Part shown: positions 21,346 to 24,000 of the stretch, piece after piece | Layout: every line of letters begins with the position of its first letter | How positions within the stretch are numbered: the first letter of the stretch is position 1 | Source: Lachnospiraceae bacterium | GTDB taxonomy: Bacteria; Bacillota; Clostridia; Lachnospirales; Lachnospiraceae | Assembly (NCBI GenBank): GCA_021203205.1 | Contig: JAJQBQ010000044.1 | Coordinates: 149,630 to 173,629 of the forward strand | DNA length: 24,000 nt | Reading direction: 5' to 3' | The notes under the pieces: model-generated | Told to the model about the DNA's origin: nothing | What the model saw: the letters and a program-made list of their open reading frames with translations, nothing else | The model's database searches: none | Made by a program: the position numbers and the translations under genes

Positions 21346-24000
21346 ATGAAACAAAACATGAAACGACTGGCCGCATTGGCGCTGGCATTGTCCATGTGCC
21401 TGTCCCTGCTGTTCAACAACGCCTGGATGGCGGAAGTCTCCGGGTACACCGAGGATGATTTTGTAGTCGAATCAACGACAGATATCGATTCGTCCGATGC
21501 AGAATCGGAGGAATACGGTGAAGTTCTCGAAGTGGAAGCGGATGCCGCCGAAGAGGAAGGCGCTGACAATATTCCTGACGATGCGCTTTCTTATAATGGC
21601 CATTACTATTACTTTTATGATGAAGCATGTACATGGTGGGATGCAAAAGAGTACTGTGAGTCAGTTGGTGGTTATCTTGTGACAATTACGACAGAAGACG
21701 AACAGAATGCCGTATATTGCTATGTAGAGGAACTCGCCGGCGATGAAGATATTTGGATTGGGATCACCGACTCAGGTACAGAAGGGGACTGGTCTACATG
21801 GATAACAGGAGAGGCCGTCACCTATACAAACTGGGGTGAAAATGAGCCTGATGATCTCGGTGGTCAGGATTATGGTGTGATTTGTACTGGATACCGAGAT
21901 GGAGGAAGTGTCTATTATATCGAACCGGCCCAATGGGATGATGTCAGTGACACAGATAATCACTTTCTTTGTGAGTGGGGTGATCTCGATGACAGCAGCG
22001 GGTCGGAGGAAGAAGATGGTCAAGATTCCAGCGCTGATTACACGTGGGTCTTTGGTCAAGATAATTTCAGCTTTTTGAACTCGAAGAAGAGTTTTGGGAG
22101 TGGAGAATATTATATCGAAGACGAAATGTTCTATTCTTATTTGGAAACCTTGACGAAAACACAAGTAATCAGAATAGCTAACGCTTATGGCGCCTATTCA
22201 TGGCTTTGGACTTATCGCAGCAAAAGAACTGTTAGATTGGAAAACTTCCTGAAGAACGAACTGGTTAATTTTGACGGTTCCTGTTACGGTATGTGCCTGG
22301 TGGCCACACTGATTAAGACAGGCAATCTTTCAGCAGAAGACCTGGGAGCCGCGACAACTTATGAACTGGGACCATTGAGCAAAGACGAAAATACCGAATT
22401 GGAATCCATCATTAATCTCTATCTAATTTCTCAGTATGTGGATACAGGCTTTGATGGTGCTGAAAAAGGAGAGGAAGATTTCGCTGAGCAAATGGAACAT
22501 ATTTGGAATGTTGCTACGACAATCGGTAGCGGGGAGCAGCCATTCCTTATGTGTTTGCATAGCGAAAGTGGTAACCATGCGGTGGTTTGTTACGGGGCAG
22601 AAACCGGTGATTTTTCCACAGGTGCTCTCTGGTGGAAGAACGAATATGATAAGCGGCTACTTATCTATAATCCTAATTCTGATAATGCAGATTATATTTA
22701 CATCAGTGAGGATTTCAGCAATGCTGAGTTGGGTAGCGATTCTGCTTATACTGGCTTTTATATCATATACGGGCTTACAGATGAAAACAATTGGAACACC
22801 TTTAGTGAATATTTGGATATTCCCCATTATGTTTATCTGGACGTGGATAATCAAAGCCTTCCAAATTATACCATCAATGCATCCGATGGCACTTATGCAA
22901 CCATTTCTAACGGTTCAGTTATAGGCGGAACTTTAGATGTGAGTATTGGCTGGGTTGCTGGAGAGTTGGCCGATGGCGAAGAAGCGGAAAATAGTTTTTA
23001 TACCGTGTGTTTACCAGATACCAGTGATTATTATACACTATCTTCTGCAGATGGAGAGTCCTTGGATGCGCTCCTGACTTATGACGATTTCTCAGTAGGT
23101 ATAAACGGAGCATTTGAGAGTGCAACAATTTACTCAAATGGAACTGTCGATATTCAAGATGGAGAAGGTGACTTGGCAGTCAACATTACTTTCAACGACA
23201 GTGATTTTGGGTATGTCAGCATTGTCGGTGAGTTAAATGGTGACGTTTTATTCCAAATCATAGATGATACCATCTACATTATTGGCGACTTGTCAAATTA
23301 TCTTGTAGAGAATATGGACAACAACTATGAGACATCTACGGTTTACGTGGAAGATGATATAGATGTTCAGGCTTTGATGGAAGATGATACAGTCGTGCTC
23401 TACGAAGATACCGACGGTGACGGAGAATATGAAACAAGTCTGCCTCATACTCATTACTATATTTACACAGATAATGGCGATGGCACTCATACCGCAACCT
23501 GCATCGGGGATGACGACAATTTCACAGAGGCACACACCTGGGACGAAGGGAATGTTACAATTGAACCTACTTGCATCGAGGAAGGCGTAATGACCTACAC
23601 TTGCTCTGTCTGCGGCGAAACCAAAACAGAGGCTATCGCAGCCACCGGCCACACTTGGGATGAAGGTGTAATGACACAGGAGTCTACCACTGAAACGGAA
23701 GGTGTGATGACCTACATCTGCACGGTATGCGGTGAGACCTGCACCGCGTTTATTGCGGCTTTGGAATTTGAGCAGGAGGGTGGTGGAGAGAATACCGGGG
23801 AGGATGCGGGTGAAACAAGCTGCTCATCTAAAACCACTTCTTCCAAAAATGAATCTTCCGAGAGCAGTCCCTCCAAGAGCGAGACATCTGTAGTCAAGAC
23901 CGGGGACAGTGCGAACCTGATTCTGTGGGAAGTGCTGGCAGGGATTGCTCTGCTGGCGATGGCCGCGATTCTGCTGACCAAACGCACGATTCAGCCGTGA
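21346..24000 (+). CDS. Secreted surface protein: C-type lectin domain + papain/C39-like cysteine-peptidase-like domain + Cys-rich HTWDEG repeats + LPXTG-like (VVKTGD) sorting signal
   Basis: The RBS GGGGAGGA lies upstream and a signal peptide is present. CTLD motifs are WIGITD, EPD, WDD and FLCEW (aa 80-211). GSCYGMC and NHAVVCYG are Cys/His candidates. There are two HTWDEG...GVMTYxCxVCGET repeats. The C-terminus reads VVKTGDSANLILWEVLAGIALLAMAAILLTKRTIQP. The stop codon falls at 23998-24000. Confidence 0.85.
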   Translation: MKQNMKRLAALALALSMCLSLLFNNAWMAEVSGYTEDDFVVESTTDIDSSDAESEEYGEVLEVEADAAEEEGADNIPDDALSYNGHYYYFYDEACTWWDAKEYCESVGGYLVTITTEDEQNAVYCYVEELAGDEDIWIGITDSGTEGDWSTWITGEAVTYTNWGENEPDDLGGQDYGVICTGYRDGGSVYYIEPAQWDDVSDTDNHFLCEWGDLDDSSGSEEEDGQDSSADYTWVFGQDNFSFLNSKKSFGSGEYYIEDEMFYSYLETLTKTQVIRIANAYGAYSWLWTYRSKRTVRLENFLKNELVNFDGSCYGMCLVATLIKTGNLSAEDLGAATTYELGPLSKDENTELESIINLYLISQYVDTGFDGAEKGEEDFAEQMEHIWNVATTIGSGEQPFLMCLHSESGNHAVVCYGAETGDFSTGALWWKNEYDKRLLIYNPNSDNADYIYISEDFSNAELGSDSAYTGFYIIYGLTDENNWNTFSEYLDIPHYVYLDVDNQSLPNYTINASDGTYATISNGSVIGGTLDVSIGWVAGELADGEEAENSFYTVCLPDTSDYYTLSSADGESLDALLTYDDFSVGINGAFESATIYSNGTVDIQDGEGDLAVNITFNDSDFGYVSIVGELNGDVLFQIIDDTIYIIGDLSNYLVENMDNNYETSTVYVEDDIDVQALMEDDTVVLYEDTDGDGEYETSLPHTHYYIYTDNGDGTHTATCIGDDDNFTEAHTWDEGNVTIEPTCIEEGVMTYTCSVCGETKTEAIAATGHTWDEGVMTQESTTETEGVMTYICTVCGETCTAFIAALEFEQEGGGENTGEDAGETSCSSKTTSSKNESSESSPSKSETSVVKTGDSANLILWEVLAGIALLAMAAILLTKRTIQP

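Noticed and set aside
21583-21978. The C-type lectin fold raised the possibility of a diversity-generating retroelement (DGR) target.
   Set aside because: There is no reverse transcriptase gene and no template/variable repeat pair in the window. The domain is the canonical animal-type CTLD located N-terminally, not a C-terminal DGR variable region.

Overview
This window looks like a Clostridia or Lachnospiraceae-type accessory chromosomal region, judged from protein style only, with no search run. I support about 21 CDSs. I found no rRNA, tRNA, CRISPR array, integrase or transposase. GC content is mosaic. My own spot counts of 60-nt lines give 40/60 GC at 5341, against 23/60 at each of 12481, 14281 and 22681.

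Layout, left to right:
- 1-483: tail of a DUF4143-type ATPase.
- 739-2639: two FtsX-like permease genes with no ATPase gene.
- 2754-3749: a membrane-anchored protein of unknown function.
- 3931-6247: a BlaI/CopY-family repressor with a double TACAnnTGTA operator, then an M56 (BlaR1-like) sensor protease with a non-PBP sensor domain.
- 6518-7255: a multi-pass membrane protein.
- 7442-8478, minus strand: an MNT/HEPN (MntA-HepT type) toxin-antitoxin pair.
- 8864-10923: a DUF2975 membrane protein, a YozG-like HTH regulator and two anchored proteins of unknown function.
- 11302-11991: an unknown protein with a PLMP/RRXRR-like N-terminus.
- 12.2-19.7 kb: an AT-rich, defence-island-like block.
- 19960-24000: two secreted surface-protein genes. 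Their promoter has a G9 tract in its spacer. The second protein has a canonical C-type lectin domain.

The AT-rich block contains a BECR-like putative RNase, a 1015-aa fusion protein, a small helical protein, a 593-aa protein and a three-gene Phd / small ORF / zeta-like ATPase cassette. The 1015-aa protein joins an archaeo-eukaryotic-primase-like domain, an SF2 DECH helicase and a degenerate PLD module. The 593-aa protein joins a CoiA-like N-terminus, a roughly 200-aa ER/K charged helix and two zinc ribbons.

The best candidate for an undescribed system is the primase-helicase-PLD gene together with its downstream partners (13131-18328). All family calls rest on motif recognition by eye. No HMM or BLAST search was possible.
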